Source: Bacteroidaceae bacterium (lineage in GTDB: Bacteria; Bacteroidota; Bacteroidia; Bacteroidales; Bacteroidaceae). From it: a stretch of 64,000 nt of DNA. This document shows, in pieces, positions 23,129 through 32,566 of the stretch (its first letter is position 1; the number at the start of each line of letters is the position of its first letter). Position numbers and translations under genes: made by a program. The stretch lies in the NCBI GenBank assembly GCA_900769765.1, contig CAAGHW010000005.1, positions 13,838-77,837 on the forward strand, in the 5' to 3' direction. The notes beneath the pieces are model-generated. The model ran no database searches. It was not told the origin of the DNA and worked only from the letters and a program-made list of their open reading frames with translations.

Positions 23129-25153
23129 ATGAAGAAATCAATCATCTGCATAGCTCTTGCCACTGCGCTTGGAGCATGCACAACAAACGGAAAAATGGAA
23201 TCAAGACTATTGGCTAACATGGATACCGCCTACGCGCCCGGAACCGACTTTTTCGAGTATGCCACAGGCGGATGGAGAAAGGCAAATCCCCTCACCGACG
23301 AATATGCACGTTACGGACAGTTCGACGCTCTGCGCGAGAATAACCGCGAACAGTTGAAGGAGCTTGTCCTTGAGCAGGCTGCCAAGAAGAGCAAGCCAGG
23401 AAGCAACGCACAGAAGGTGGGCGACCTATATAACATGGTAATGGACAGCACACGCCGTAACAATGAAGGTGTTGCTCCAATCAAGCCTTTGATTGAGGAG
23501 ATTGCATCACTAAAGGAGAGAAGCGAGGTTGCACTGCTGTTGGCAAAGAACTGCCGCACAGGCATTGGCGGAATGTTCGGCACCGGAATAGGCACCGACA
23601 TCATGGACAGCGACAACAACCAGCTTGGCATTTACCAGGGTGGCATATCACTCCCCGAGAAGGAGTACTACAGCGACAGCGACGAGGTGGCAGAGAACAT
23701 ACGTACCAAGTTCCGCGAGTATGTTGTGAATATGTTCAAGATATATGGTTTCAGCAAAGAGGATGCACAGAAGAATATGGAGGCTGTGATGAAGATTGAG
23801 ACACGCATGGCAGAAAAGCATCTGAGCCGCGTGGAGCGTCGCAACCCAATCAACAGCTATCATAAAATGTCGTTCGACGAACTGAAGAAAGAGATTCCCG
23901 GATTCGATTGGGAGAGATTCTACAGCGCATTGGGCATCAACGGTATCGAGACCGTAAACCTTGCACACCCCGAAGCCATAAAGGAGGCTGTCGCAGTCAT
24001 AAACGAAGTTCCGATGAATGAGCTTGTCGCATACCTGCAGTGGAGAGCGATGCGTTCTACATCGAACGAGTTGAGCGATGACATTGAAGCTGAGACATTT
24101 GCATTCTACGGCACAGTGATAAGCGGAAAGAAGGTGCAGCAGCCACGTTGGAAGCGCGCACTCGAAGCGGTGAACGGTGCTTTGGGTGACATCATCGGCG
24201 AGCTTTATGTCGAGAAGCACTTCCCCCCTGCAGCAAAGGAGCGCATGACGCAGCTTGTAAAGAACCTGCAGATTGCTTTGGGACAGCGCATAGATGCACA
24301 GGAGTGGATGAGCGATGTCACAAAAAAGGCTGCTCATGAAAAGCTGAATACATTTACCGTAAAGATAGGTTACCCCGACAAGTGGGACGATTACAGCAAG
24401 CTCACCATCGACCCTGCATTGAGTTACTACGAGAACTGCCGTAAGATGTCGGAGTTCGATTGGGACAAGCATGTAGAGGAGAAATGGGGCAAGCCCGTTG
24501 ACCGCACAGAGTGGTTCATGACTCCGCAGACCGTAAACGCATACTACAACCCTACGACAAACGAGATTTGTTTCCCTGCCGGAATACTGCAATATCCGTT
24601 CTTTGACATGAACGAGGATGACGCATTCAACTACGGTGCCATAGGTGTAGTTATCGGCCACGAGATGACTCACGGATTCGACGACCAGGGCCGTCAGTTC
24701 GACAAGGACGGTAACTTCGCGAACTGGTGGACCGACGAGGACAGTAAGAGCTTCAACGAGCGTACACAGGTTATCATAGACTTCTTCAACAAGATTGAGG
24801 TTCTGCCCGGACTCAACGCCAACGGACAGCTCACTGTGGGCGAGAACATCGCCGACCATGGTGGTCTAACCATTGCAATGCAGGCATTCCAGAATGCCAC
24901 AAAAGAGAATCCGCTGCCTGTAAAGGACGGCTTCACTCCCGAACAGCGTTTCTACCTCTCGTACTCTAACGTATGGGCAGGACATATCCGCGACGAGGAG
25001 GCACGCAACCTGACAAAGAGCGACCCGCACTCGCTTTCACGTTGGAGAGTGAACGGAACCCTGCCACACATCGACGAGTGGTACACCGCATTCGGCATCA
25101 CAGAGAAAGACCCTCTGTTTGTGCCAGCAGAAGAGAGATTGAGAATTTGGTAA
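23129..25153 (+). CDS. M13-family zinc metalloendopeptidase (PepO/neprilysin-like lipoprotein)
   Basis: 674 aa. Lipoprotein signal (LATALGAC), HEMTHGFD (HExxH) and ENIADHGG motifs. Confidence 0.93.
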   Translation: MKKSIICIALATALGACTTNGKMESRLLANMDTAYAPGTDFFEYATGGWRKANPLTDEYARYGQFDALRENNREQLKELVLEQAAKKSKPGSNAQKVGDLYNMVMDSTRRNNEGVAPIKPLIEEIASLKERSEVALLLAKNCRTGIGGMFGTGIGTDIMDSDNNQLGIYQGGISLPEKEYYSDSDEVAENIRTKFREYVVNMFKIYGFSKEDAQKNMEAVMKIETRMAEKHLSRVERRNPINSYHKMSFDELKKEIPGFDWERFYSALGINGIETVNLAHPEAIKEAVAVINEVPMNELVAYLQWRAMRSTSNELSDDIEAETFAFYGTVISGKKVQQPRWKRALEAVNGALGDIIGELYVEKHFPPAAKERMTQLVKNLQIALGQRIDAQEWMSDVTKKAAHEKLNTFTVKIGYPDKWDDYSKLTIDPALSYYENCRKMSEFDWDKHVEEKWGKPVDRTEWFMTPQTVNAYYNPTTNEICFPAGILQYPFFDMNEDDAFNYGAIGVVIGHEMTHGFDDQGRQFDKDGNFANWWTDEDSKSFNERTQVIIDFFNKIEVLPGLNANGQLTVGENIADHGGLTIAMQAFQNATKENPLPVKDGFTPEQRFYLSYSNVWAGHIRDEEARNLTKSDPHSLSRWRVNGTLPHIDEWYTAFGITEKDPLFVPAEERLRIW

Positions 25154-25165
25154 TACATAAGAACA

Positions 25166-26041
25166 ATGCCAATAAAAGTACCTGCCGGATTACCGGCATT
25201 GCAGAACGTAATAGACGAAGGATGCATGGTGAAGGTGCTTGAAGCACCCACCAATCGCACCTTGCGTATAGCCTTGCTGAACATTATGCCTATGAAGGAG
25301 ACCACCGAGGCCGACTTCATACGCCTGCTTGCGACATCGGACGAAGAGATTGAGCTAACATTGCTCAAGCTCGACACCCACACGCCAAAGCATGCAAGCC
25401 CCGAACACATGAGCCGTTACTACACATCGTTCAACGATGTAAGGAACAGCCGTTTCGACGGACTTATAATAACAGGCGCACCCATCGAGAAGATTGAGTA
25501 CGAAGAGGTGACATACTGGCCCGAGCTATGCGGAATTTTCGAATGGGCAAGAAAGAATGTGACATCCACGCTTTATATATGCTGGGCTGCACAGGCTGGA
25601 GTGTATCAGAAGTTCGGAATACAGAAATACCTGCTCCCGGCAAAGATGTTCGGCATATTCCCACACACCATTGCCAAGCCCGAGATGCCGTTGTTCAAGG
25701 GCATGGACGATGTCATATATGTTCCTCACAGCCGCCACACCGAACTGCACCGCGAGGATATAGTTGCAGAGAGCAGACTTGAACTGCTGTCGGAGTCGGA
25801 GCTGTCGGGAGTGTACATAATGCAAGAAAAAGGAACAAAGGATTTCTTTATTACAGGACACTCCGAGTATGCCCTATACACCCTTGACGGCGAGTATAAG
25901 CGCGATGTGGCAAAGGGATTGCCCATTGAGTTGCCGTTGAACTACTACCGCGACGACAACCCTGCCAACGAGCCTGTAAACCGCTGGCAGGCAACAGCAA
26001 GACTGCTTTTTGGCAATTGGCTGAAATATTATTGTAAATAA
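25166..26041 (+). CDS. metA: homoserine O-acyltransferase MetA
   Basis: 291 aa. MPIKVP...LRIALLNIMP..., ICWAAQAG (catalytic Cys region). Confidence 0.92.
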   Translation: MPIKVPAGLPALQNVIDEGCMVKVLEAPTNRTLRIALLNIMPMKETTEADFIRLLATSDEEIELTLLKLDTHTPKHASPEHMSRYYTSFNDVRNSRFDGLIITGAPIEKIEYEEVTYWPELCGIFEWARKNVTSTLYICWAAQAGVYQKFGIQKYLLPAKMFGIFPHTIAKPEMPLFKGMDDVIYVPHSRHTELHREDIVAESRLELLSESELSGVYIMQEKGTKDFFITGHSEYALYTLDGEYKRDVAKGLPIELPLNYYRDDNPANEPVNRWQATARLLFGNWLKYYCK

Positions 26042-26053
26042 TTCATATCCGTT

Positions 26054-26785
26054 ATGAGCAAGACATTTTCAAAAGACTATACCATCACCTGCTACGAGGC
26101 AGACGCGAACCAGCTTATGCGTCCTACAGCCATGCTCGACCTTATGCAGGAAGCTGCAAACGTCAACGCATCGACATTGGGATTCGGTTACGACGAGATG
26201 ATGAACAGCAACATTGCATGGGTGCTTTCACGCATACATGTAAAGTTCAACAGCACACCCAGATGGCGCGACGAGGTAAACCTCAAGACATGGCACAAAG
26301 GTGTATCGAAACTCTTTTATCTGCGTGATTTCATTTTGAGCGACAAAGAGGGCAACCCGATGGTGCTTGCTACGACATCGTGGCTCATCATTGACATGAA
26401 CACACGCCGCCTGGTGCGCAACAGCGACCTCGCTTTGAGCGACACAGCAATGCACGCCATCGAGACACCTGCCGACAAGGTTGTTGTTCCTGTCGACATT
26501 GAGCCGGAGCTTGTAAGAAAGCACCCTGTAACGTGGTCGGAGATTGACACCAACGGACACGTGAACAATGTAAAATATGCTGTTTGGGCACTTGACGCCG
26601 TAAAGCTCGAGGATATCAAGAAGAGACCTTTGAAGGAGCTGCTCATCAACTACGATGCCGAGGTGATGCCGGGCGATGTGGTAAAGATTTCACGCGTGCG
26701 CCAAGAGACCGAAGAGGGCATTGTGTATTACATCACAGGAAAAGTATCGGACAAACAGAATTTCAGCGTGAAACTAGCATTCTGA
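26054..26785 (+). CDS. acyl-ACP thioesterase
   Basis: 243 aa. Double hotdog fold and typical sequence (ITCYEADANQLMRP..., IDTNGHVNNVKY). Confidence 0.85.
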   Translation: MSKTFSKDYTITCYEADANQLMRPTAMLDLMQEAANVNASTLGFGYDEMMNSNIAWVLSRIHVKFNSTPRWRDEVNLKTWHKGVSKLFYLRDFILSDKEGNPMVLATTSWLIIDMNTRRLVRNSDLALSDTAMHAIETPADKVVVPVDIEPELVRKHPVTWSEIDTNGHVNNVKYAVWALDAVKLEDIKKRPLKELLINYDAEVMPGDVVKISRVRQETEEGIVYYITGKVSDKQNFSVKLAF

Positions 26786-26792
26786 CATACAG

Positions 26793-28838
26793 ATGAAAAT
26801 ACCGGCCCATTACATCAACACAGTGAAGGTATATTCGATAAAACGGATATATCTTTCACTTATATTCATGCTTTTATCAAGTACAATACAGATAAAAGCC
26901 GAAGTCTTTGACATTTTCAAGGAGCCATGTCTGTTTGTTTATCTCACCGATGGAGGAGTTGATGCCTATCCTTTAAACACTATTGAAGGAAAATACTACA
27001 CTGACGGTGACAGCACTTATATCAAACTATTGTCGGGTAATGTTGTAAGATATCACACTGATGAGTACTTATATATAGACACCGAGATTCCGATATTGCC
27101 TTATATGACATCATATAAGTTCAATAACAAATACAACCCCAACCTGAACAAGGATGTCGGAGCGACAATAACAGACGGAAATATAAATGTCAGACTCAAT
27201 GCCATAGGAAAGAGTCTTACAGCAAGTTTTCAATTAAGCGATGATGATGCCATTGCGTATATCGGAAATGATTTGCAAACGAGCAAAGAGAGCCGCAACC
27301 GCTTTGACCGGACTATAAGATACACTATTACATACCCGAACTACAATGTAGTATCGGGAACGGAGAAGAAACCGTTCGGACGTATATACAGCGTAGAGAC
27401 AGAGTGGCTGACAGACAACAGCAAGGTTGCACGTATGGACATCAATATCGAAAATGGATATAGTGTCGTAAGCAAGAACTACTATCTTAATGCAGATGTG
27501 AGTATAACCGGCTATGGTGTATATAACGATTTCAGACAGGCTGTACAAATCAAAGGACGAGGTAATAATTCCTGGAATTACAAGAAGAAATCATACAGAC
27601 TAAAATTTGCCCAAAAAGAAAAGCCTTTTGGACTTACAAAAGGAAAGAGTTGGGTGTTACTTGCCAACCCACATGACGGTTCACTGATGGTAAATGCCGT
27701 AGCAATGAAGATAGGACAACTCTGCGAAGCAAAATACACCAACCATATTATTCCTGTAGAGCTTTATATCAATGGGGAATATCAGGGCAGCTACATATTC
27801 ACCGAACATGTAGGTCTCAGCAACAATAGTGTCGATGTTGATGAGGAAATTGGCTATATGCTTGAGCTTGACAGCTATTACGACGAAGATTTCAAATTCC
27901 GTTCAGCCTATAGCGACCTGCCTGTAAATATCAAAGAGCCCGATCTTCTGGAAAATGAAAAAAGCACAGTAAGTTCTTCGTTGTTGGAATCAATGCTTAA
28001 CGACAACTGCCTGAATACCATACCGTCACAGAAGTTCCCAAATTCATCACCCATAGGAACAATAATATCCAACTATAACGCAAAAAATGAAAAGTTCAAT
28101 GTCATAAAAGAGCAATTCAACAGACTCGACAGCGTTGTATGCTGCAATGGAGACCTGAGTAAAGTCCTGGATCTTGATGCGGCAGCACGCTATTTCCTGG
28201 TAATTGATTTGACATTGAACAGTGAGATTTTGCATCCCAAAAGTACTTTCCTGTGGAAAGCAGACATCAGCTCCAAAGACTCAAAATTCATTTTTGGACC
28301 GATATGGGATTTTGACTATGCATTCGGATATTCCGGCAAGACATATTTTATCAATGCAAGCAGGAATACCTTTCCTCTTAACGACAATTCCCCCGGCGGA
28401 AGGTTCTTTAAAGCACTGAGGAAGAACAGGGAGTTCCAAAGACATTATTATAAAGTGTGGTGTGAATTTGTAGAAAAGGATTGCATCAAAGAGGTTATGG
28501 AATATATGCAGGACTACTATGAATTTGTCAAAGATTCATACAGCAACAATGCCGAAAAATGGGGTGACAACACCGACTACGGCAACCATATCCCAGTGAT
28601 GCAGGAGTGGATAAAAGGAAGACACGACTACATTGTAAAGAATCTAACAGAATATGATATTACAGACCTTATAAACAATCCACAGGAAAAAATCGGCGAC
28701 GATAGAGAGAATTACACATTCCGACAGGATACAGATATCATTTATACAGTTTACGGGGAACGTGTCACAAACACTGAGAATCTACGACAAGGCATATATA
28801 TCATCAATGGCAAGAAAGTGTTTATAAAAAAGTATTGA
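26793..28838 (+). CDS. CotH-family kinase-like protein with T9SS C-terminal sorting domain
   Basis: 681 aa. CotH core (IKGRGNNSWNYKKKSYRLKF, KSWVLLANPHDGSLM, PVELYINGEYQGSYIFTEHV, WDFDYAFG). The C-terminus IIYTVYGERV...LRQGIYIINGKKVFIKK resembles a type A T9SS CTD. The gene is AT-rich relative to its neighbours. Confidence 0.85.
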   Translation: MKIPAHYINTVKVYSIKRIYLSLIFMLLSSTIQIKAEVFDIFKEPCLFVYLTDGGVDAYPLNTIEGKYYTDGDSTYIKLLSGNVVRYHTDEYLYIDTEIPILPYMTSYKFNNKYNPNLNKDVGATITDGNINVRLNAIGKSLTASFQLSDDDAIAYIGNDLQTSKESRNRFDRTIRYTITYPNYNVVSGTEKKPFGRIYSVETEWLTDNSKVARMDINIENGYSVVSKNYYLNADVSITGYGVYNDFRQAVQIKGRGNNSWNYKKKSYRLKFAQKEKPFGLTKGKSWVLLANPHDGSLMVNAVAMKIGQLCEAKYTNHIIPVELYINGEYQGSYIFTEHVGLSNNSVDVDEEIGYMLELDSYYDEDFKFRSAYSDLPVNIKEPDLLENEKSTVSSSLLESMLNDNCLNTIPSQKFPNSSPIGTIISNYNAKNEKFNVIKEQFNRLDSVVCCNGDLSKVLDLDAAARYFLVIDLTLNSEILHPKSTFLWKADISSKDSKFIFGPIWDFDYAFGYSGKTYFINASRNTFPLNDNSPGGRFFKALRKNREFQRHYYKVWCEFVEKDCIKEVMEYMQDYYEFVKDSYSNNAEKWGDNTDYGNHIPVMQEWIKGRHDYIVKNLTEYDITDLINNPQEKIGDDRENYTFRQDTDIIYTVYGERVTNTENLRQGIYIINGKKVFIKKY

Positions 28839-28849
28839 AACATATAATT

Positions 28850-29377
28850 ATGAAGAAGTTCATCATACTGCTTATTATAGCAATATCATTGTCGGTCACA
28901 ACAGCTGACGCACAGAAAAAAGGCGACACCTATGCCGGCGGAAACCTGAAATTCGCTCTCTCGACATCGGGTTCGAATGGATATATGAATACAGGAACAT
29001 ATTTCAGCATCGCGCCCGAAATAGGACATTTCATTACCGACAAGGTAAAGATTGGTGGGGAGATAAGCTACGAGGTATCATCGAATGCACACGTAGTTGC
29101 CCTGATGCCCAATATAGCATATTACCAACCTGTCATAAGAAACCTATATTACACACCACAATTGAATATTGGCGGAGGTGTTGGCATATACTCGGGTTAT
29201 GTCGCAGGAATATTTACACTAACATTAAATATTGCGTCGTTCGAATACAGACCAACAGAAAGACTTGGTATCGCAATGGGCCTGGTAAACCTCAACTATA
29301 ACCTTATTGATAAGACAAAAAGCATAAACTTCAATGTCCTATATTCACCTTCGGTAAGTTTCAGATGCTATTTCTAA
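28850..29377 (+). CDS. small outer-membrane beta-barrel protein (OmpW/porin-family-like)
   Basis: Signal peptide MKKFIILLIIAISLSVTTADA, alternating amphipathic strands, and a C-terminal ...SVSFRCYF with terminal Phe. I prefer the ATG at 28850 over the track TTG at 28835. Confidence 0.75.
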   Translation: MKKFIILLIIAISLSVTTADAQKKGDTYAGGNLKFALSTSGSNGYMNTGTYFSIAPEIGHFITDKVKIGGEISYEVSSNAHVVALMPNIAYYQPVIRNLYYTPQLNIGGGVGIYSGYVAGIFTLTLNIASFEYRPTERLGIAMGLVNLNYNLIDKTKSINFNVLYSPSVSFRCYF

Positions 29378-29416
29378 AAATATATTGGAAATTCCAAGCA
29401 AAATAGGTTCACCGAC

Positions 29417-29460
29417 TATACGAATAATGGCACGCAAGCTTGCGTGCCATTATTCGTATA
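29417..29460. terminator. 44-nt perfect palindrome; bidirectional terminator between convergent genes
   Basis: TATACGAATAATGGCACGCAAG/CTTGCGTGCCATTATTCGTATA (22-bp arms, AAGCTT at the centre). Confidence 0.65.
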
Positions 29461-29461
29461 A

Positions 29462-30139
29462 TTACCATATAAACGGGATAATCTTGTATTTCACTCTGCT
29501 GCAATAATCGGCATATCCGTTGAGTCCTTCTAACAGGATAGCCTCTTCGTTCCTTATCCTTTTTGCGATGAGCGGTATATATGCCAGCATTATCACAAAC
29601 GAGGGCAGTGAGCCAAGCACAAGTGGCATTGAGAGAAACATCAATACCGTTGCCGAATACATTGGATGTCGCACCATGCCGTAAAGCCCTGTGTCGATGA
29701 CCTTCTGATTCTCTTGCACGCCGATTGTACGTGAGAGATATGCATTCTCGCGCAACACCTCGGCATACATTATATACGACAGCAGGAACACCGCCACCGC
29801 ACTCCACACAGCCCATGAAGGCATCACTGTCCAAGAGTATCGGAAATTGAGCCCGGCAACGACAAATGCCGCGATGAACATCACTCCGCTGAGTGCCACG
29901 ACGCTTTTTTGTTCAGCCTCCTTTTCCTTGGCATCAAGGCGTTTCTCCAACAGCTGGGGCGAACGGAACAGCATCACCACTCCTGCGATGAACATAGGCA
30001 CAAACAACACTGCAACCAACAACCAACCGCAAGGATAATGCAATGTGCCTGCCGGCAGAAACAACAACAACCCTACAAGCACAAGCCCCAAAAGAAACCT
30101 GATGCTTGCCGATGCCATAAGTTTTTTTCTTGCTTGCAT
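29462..30139 (-). CDS. membrane methyltransferase of the ICMT/PEMT family
   Basis: 225 aa, multi-TM. C-terminal motif GLYGMVRHPMY...RIRNEEAIL is typical of isoprenylcysteine carboxyl methyltransferase-like proteins. Confidence 0.8.
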   Translation of the reverse strand: MQARKKLMASASIRFLLGLVLVGLLLFLPAGTLHYPCGWLLVAVLFVPMFIAGVVMLFRSPQLLEKRLDAKEKEAEQKSVVALSGVMFIAAFVVAGLNFRYSWTVMPSWAVWSAVAVFLLSYIMYAEVLRENAYLSRTIGVQENQKVIDTGLYGMVRHPMYSATVLMFLSMPLVLGSLPSFVIMLAYIPLIAKRIRNEEAILLEGLNGYADYCSRVKYKIIPFIW

Positions 30140-30142
30140 TGT

Positions 30143-30538
30143 TTACTCTTCAGATAATGATTCAACCCACTCGTTGTAGCCGCCTTTCAGGTCAACGACA
30201 TTTTTGAAAAAGACTTTTTCAAGAACCCAACCTGCATTTTCACTACGCCTTCCACTACGGCAGTAGAGAGCCACAGGACGTTCCGGGTCGAGCGTTGCGA
30301 CAAGTTCTTCATGTCCTTTGAGAACATCTATGTTTATACTGCCCGGAATGTGACCGGCATTGTACTCCTCTGCGGTGCGCACATCCACGAGCTGCACATC
30401 GGGGGCGACAATAATCTCCTTGAATTCGGCAACATCGACTCTTCTGAAATTGCCTCCTGTGTGACTGACACTACACTGCATACATGAATTCATAACTATA
30501 AGCGCAAACAGCAACAATGGAAACATTAGTTTCTTCAT
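30143..30538 (-). CDS. rhodanese-domain lipoprotein
   Basis: Lipobox (VMNSC), rhodanese fold with active-site loop YCRSGRRS. Start taken at the ATG at 30538 (MKKLMF...) rather than the track GTG at 30544. Confidence 0.85.
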   Translation of the reverse strand: MKKLMFPLLLFALIVMNSCMQCSVSHTGGNFRRVDVAEFKEIIVAPDVQLVDVRTAEEYNAGHIPGSINIDVLKGHEELVATLDPERPVALYCRSGRRSENAGWVLEKVFFKNVVDLKGGYNEWVESLSEE

Positions 30539-30540
30539 AA

Positions 30541-30885
30541 TCACAACAATTTTAAAAGTTCCTCTTTTGTTATTCCGAGCATCTCAGCCTTTGCCTTGAA
30601 CTGTGGCAGCTCGTCGGAAATGAATTCTCTCTTCATATTCTCCTTGATACGCGCAACGGCACCATCCTTGACAAAATAGCCCAAGCCGCGCTTGTTGTAT
30701 ATTATCTCTTGCGCTTCGAGAAGCTGATAGGAGCGTACTATGGTGTTGGGGTTGACCCCCACCATCGCGCCCATCTCGCGTACCGAGGGAATGCGCTCCT
30801 CTTCGCGCCAATCGCCACGCAGGATTTTCTCCTGCATCAAATCGACGTTCTGAAGATATATAGGTTTATGTTCGCTATACTCCAT
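30541..30885 (-). CDS. GntR-family transcriptional regulator, YtrA subfamily (short effector domain)
   Basis: 114 aa. Winged HTH (IPSVREMGAMVGVNPNTIVRSYQLLE). The small size is typical of YtrA-type regulators that accompany ABC transporters. Confidence 0.88.
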   Translation of the reverse strand: MEYSEHKPIYLQNVDLMQEKILRGDWREEERIPSVREMGAMVGVNPNTIVRSYQLLEAQEIIYNKRGLGYFVKDGAVARIKENMKREFISDELPQFKAKAEMLGITKEELLKLL

Positions 30886-30897
30886 AATATACGTTCT

Positions 30898-31701
30898 TTA
30901 ATAGTTCACTTTCTTGATGCGGAAATAGGTTATCGCAAGATAGAGGAAACCTAACAGCAAAGCGGCGATTCTCCAGAAAACAAGCCAGAATCTTATAAAT
31001 CCTTCCTCGCTTTCGAAACAATCACGTAGAGTATTCCAGACTCTATCGATAAATTCCATATCGAATATCATTGTAATAAATATAACCGAGACAAAAGCCA
31101 AAGCCATATTGAAAAGTATAGTCTTCATAACCTTGTTCTTGCGGAAAATGACATTGAACATCATCGCATAGAATATAGGCACTTCTGTTGACAGAAAACT
31201 ATCCAACAATGGCAAACCAAATTCGCCTATATCGCCATTGTTCAAAGTAACAGTCCCCCAACTATCGGCAAACGGATTATAGATATCAAGCTGCATGAAT
31301 GAACCGATGCCTGCTTGTGATAACAGCCATAGCAATATATCGGTTGCCTCAAGCACAGCGTATGAAAGCAACTGCACTACAACCACGCAAATCACAATCA
31401 TCGACAACAGTTTCTCGAGAGTGCTTGCCGGTATCATTGCATATATATATCCCTTCTTGCGGTTGTTGACATCCTTATATACGATAAAGGGACTGAGTGT
31501 CACTGCCAGAGTAAAAAGAAATTGTACAAGAGGGGCTCTGCTATCTTCCCACATGTCAGAATCCATAGTAACCGACAGCATCCACATGGCAAATATGATA
31601 CTTGCAAAAATAAGGAGTGACTTGAAGAAGCGTGGCATATAATTCACCACCTCGAACTGCACAAGTTTACCGAAACGCTTTATATCAAATACTTCATTCA
31701 T
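30898..31701 (-). CDS. hypothetical polytopic membrane protein (probable ABC-2-type permease partner)
   Basis: 267 aa, about 6 hydrophobic helices. Starts 6 nt after the upstream ABC ATPase stop. Confidence 0.65.
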   Translation of the reverse strand: MNEVFDIKRFGKLVQFEVVNYMPRFFKSLLIFASIIFAMWMLSVTMDSDMWEDSRAPLVQFLFTLAVTLSPFIVYKDVNNRKKGYIYAMIPASTLEKLLSMIVICVVVVQLLSYAVLEATDILLWLLSQAGIGSFMQLDIYNPFADSWGTVTLNNGDIGEFGLPLLDSFLSTEVPIFYAMMFNVIFRKNKVMKTILFNMALAFVSVIFITMIFDMEFIDRVWNTLRDCFESEEGFIRFWLVFWRIAALLLGFLYLAITYFRIKKVNY

Positions 31702-31707
31702 GGCATT

Positions 31708-32508
31708 TTACTTTTTTGAGTTGATGTAATTGAACAACAGTTCTATGTTTATACGACTCTCTTCACCGCTCTGGTTCCTGCTGATTGAGCAATAACCGCC
31801 AAGCCCCTCTTCGCAATAAAGGGCATCCTGGGGACAATGCATTGTAACATCGAACATATATTCGTTCTGTATATCTGCAACGCTCTTGTCGAGCAATACG
31901 CAACGCTTGTCGAGAATCATGATATGGTCGAGCAGATTCTCGACATCCTTGACCTGATGGGTCGATATTATTATGGTGCGGTTATCATCCATCGCCTTGG
32001 CAACCATCTTGCGGAATTCCGCCTTTGCCGGAATATCGAGTCCGTTGGTAGGCTCGTCGAGCAACAGATATTCGGTATTCATTGCAAGCGCAATACAAAG
32101 GATTGCTCTCTTGCGCTGACCAAGTGACAACGATGTAAATTTGCGGTTTATATCAATGTCGAAATCACTGAGCAAACCATTCAACAGATTCTCGTCGTAA
32201 TTGGGATAGAACGCCGATATACCACTTGCATAGTTTTTTATTGAAACGGCAGCACCTTCGAAATCCTCGGGAATATAGAATATCTTGGACAAGAAACCGG
32301 GCTGACGGTCGGCAGGAGAATAACCGTCGATTTTTATTTCGCCGCGCTTTGTTGTGAGCAGACCGCACAACAGCTTGAAAAGAGTACTCTTTCCCACTCC
32401 ATTGGCACCAAGCAGACCATATACCCTGCCCTGCTCAAAAGTGGTGCTTATATTATCCAAAACCTTTGTATTGGAATAAGCAAATGACAAATCTTTGACT
32501 TCAATCAT
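31708..32508 (-). CDS. ABC transporter ATP-binding protein
   Basis: 266 aa. Walker A GANGVGKST, signature LSLGQRKR, Walker B LLLDEPTNGLD, H-loop STHQ. Confidence 0.92.
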   Translation of the reverse strand: MIEVKDLSFAYSNTKVLDNISTTFEQGRVYGLLGANGVGKSTLFKLLCGLLTTKRGEIKIDGYSPADRQPGFLSKIFYIPEDFEGAAVSIKNYASGISAFYPNYDENLLNGLLSDFDIDINRKFTSLSLGQRKRAILCIALAMNTEYLLLDEPTNGLDIPAKAEFRKMVAKAMDDNRTIIISTHQVKDVENLLDHIMILDKRCVLLDKSVADIQNEYMFDVTMHCPQDALYCEEGLGGYCSISRNQSGEESRINIELLFNYINSKK

Positions 32509-32566
32509 AGTGTATTAGTTTATTAGTACACTGCAAATGTAAATACAATTAGAATTACTTTCCAAA
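32509..32566 (-). promoter_or_regulatory. promoter (TTTG-N21-TACATTTG) plus YtrA-type operator AGTGTA-N12-TACACT for the ABC/GntR operon
   Basis: On the minus strand: -33 TTTG (32563-32566) and -7 TACATTTG (32534-32541). The inverted repeat AGTGTA/TACACT (32509-32532) overlaps the predicted TSS and abuts the ATG. Internal direct repeat TATTAGT x2. Confidence 0.55.

Noticed and set aside
23648-24859. 403-aa ORF antisense to the M13 peptidase gene
   Set aside because: Same reasoning. The sense strand encodes HExxH and ENxADxGG motifs, and the antisense product is low-complexity.
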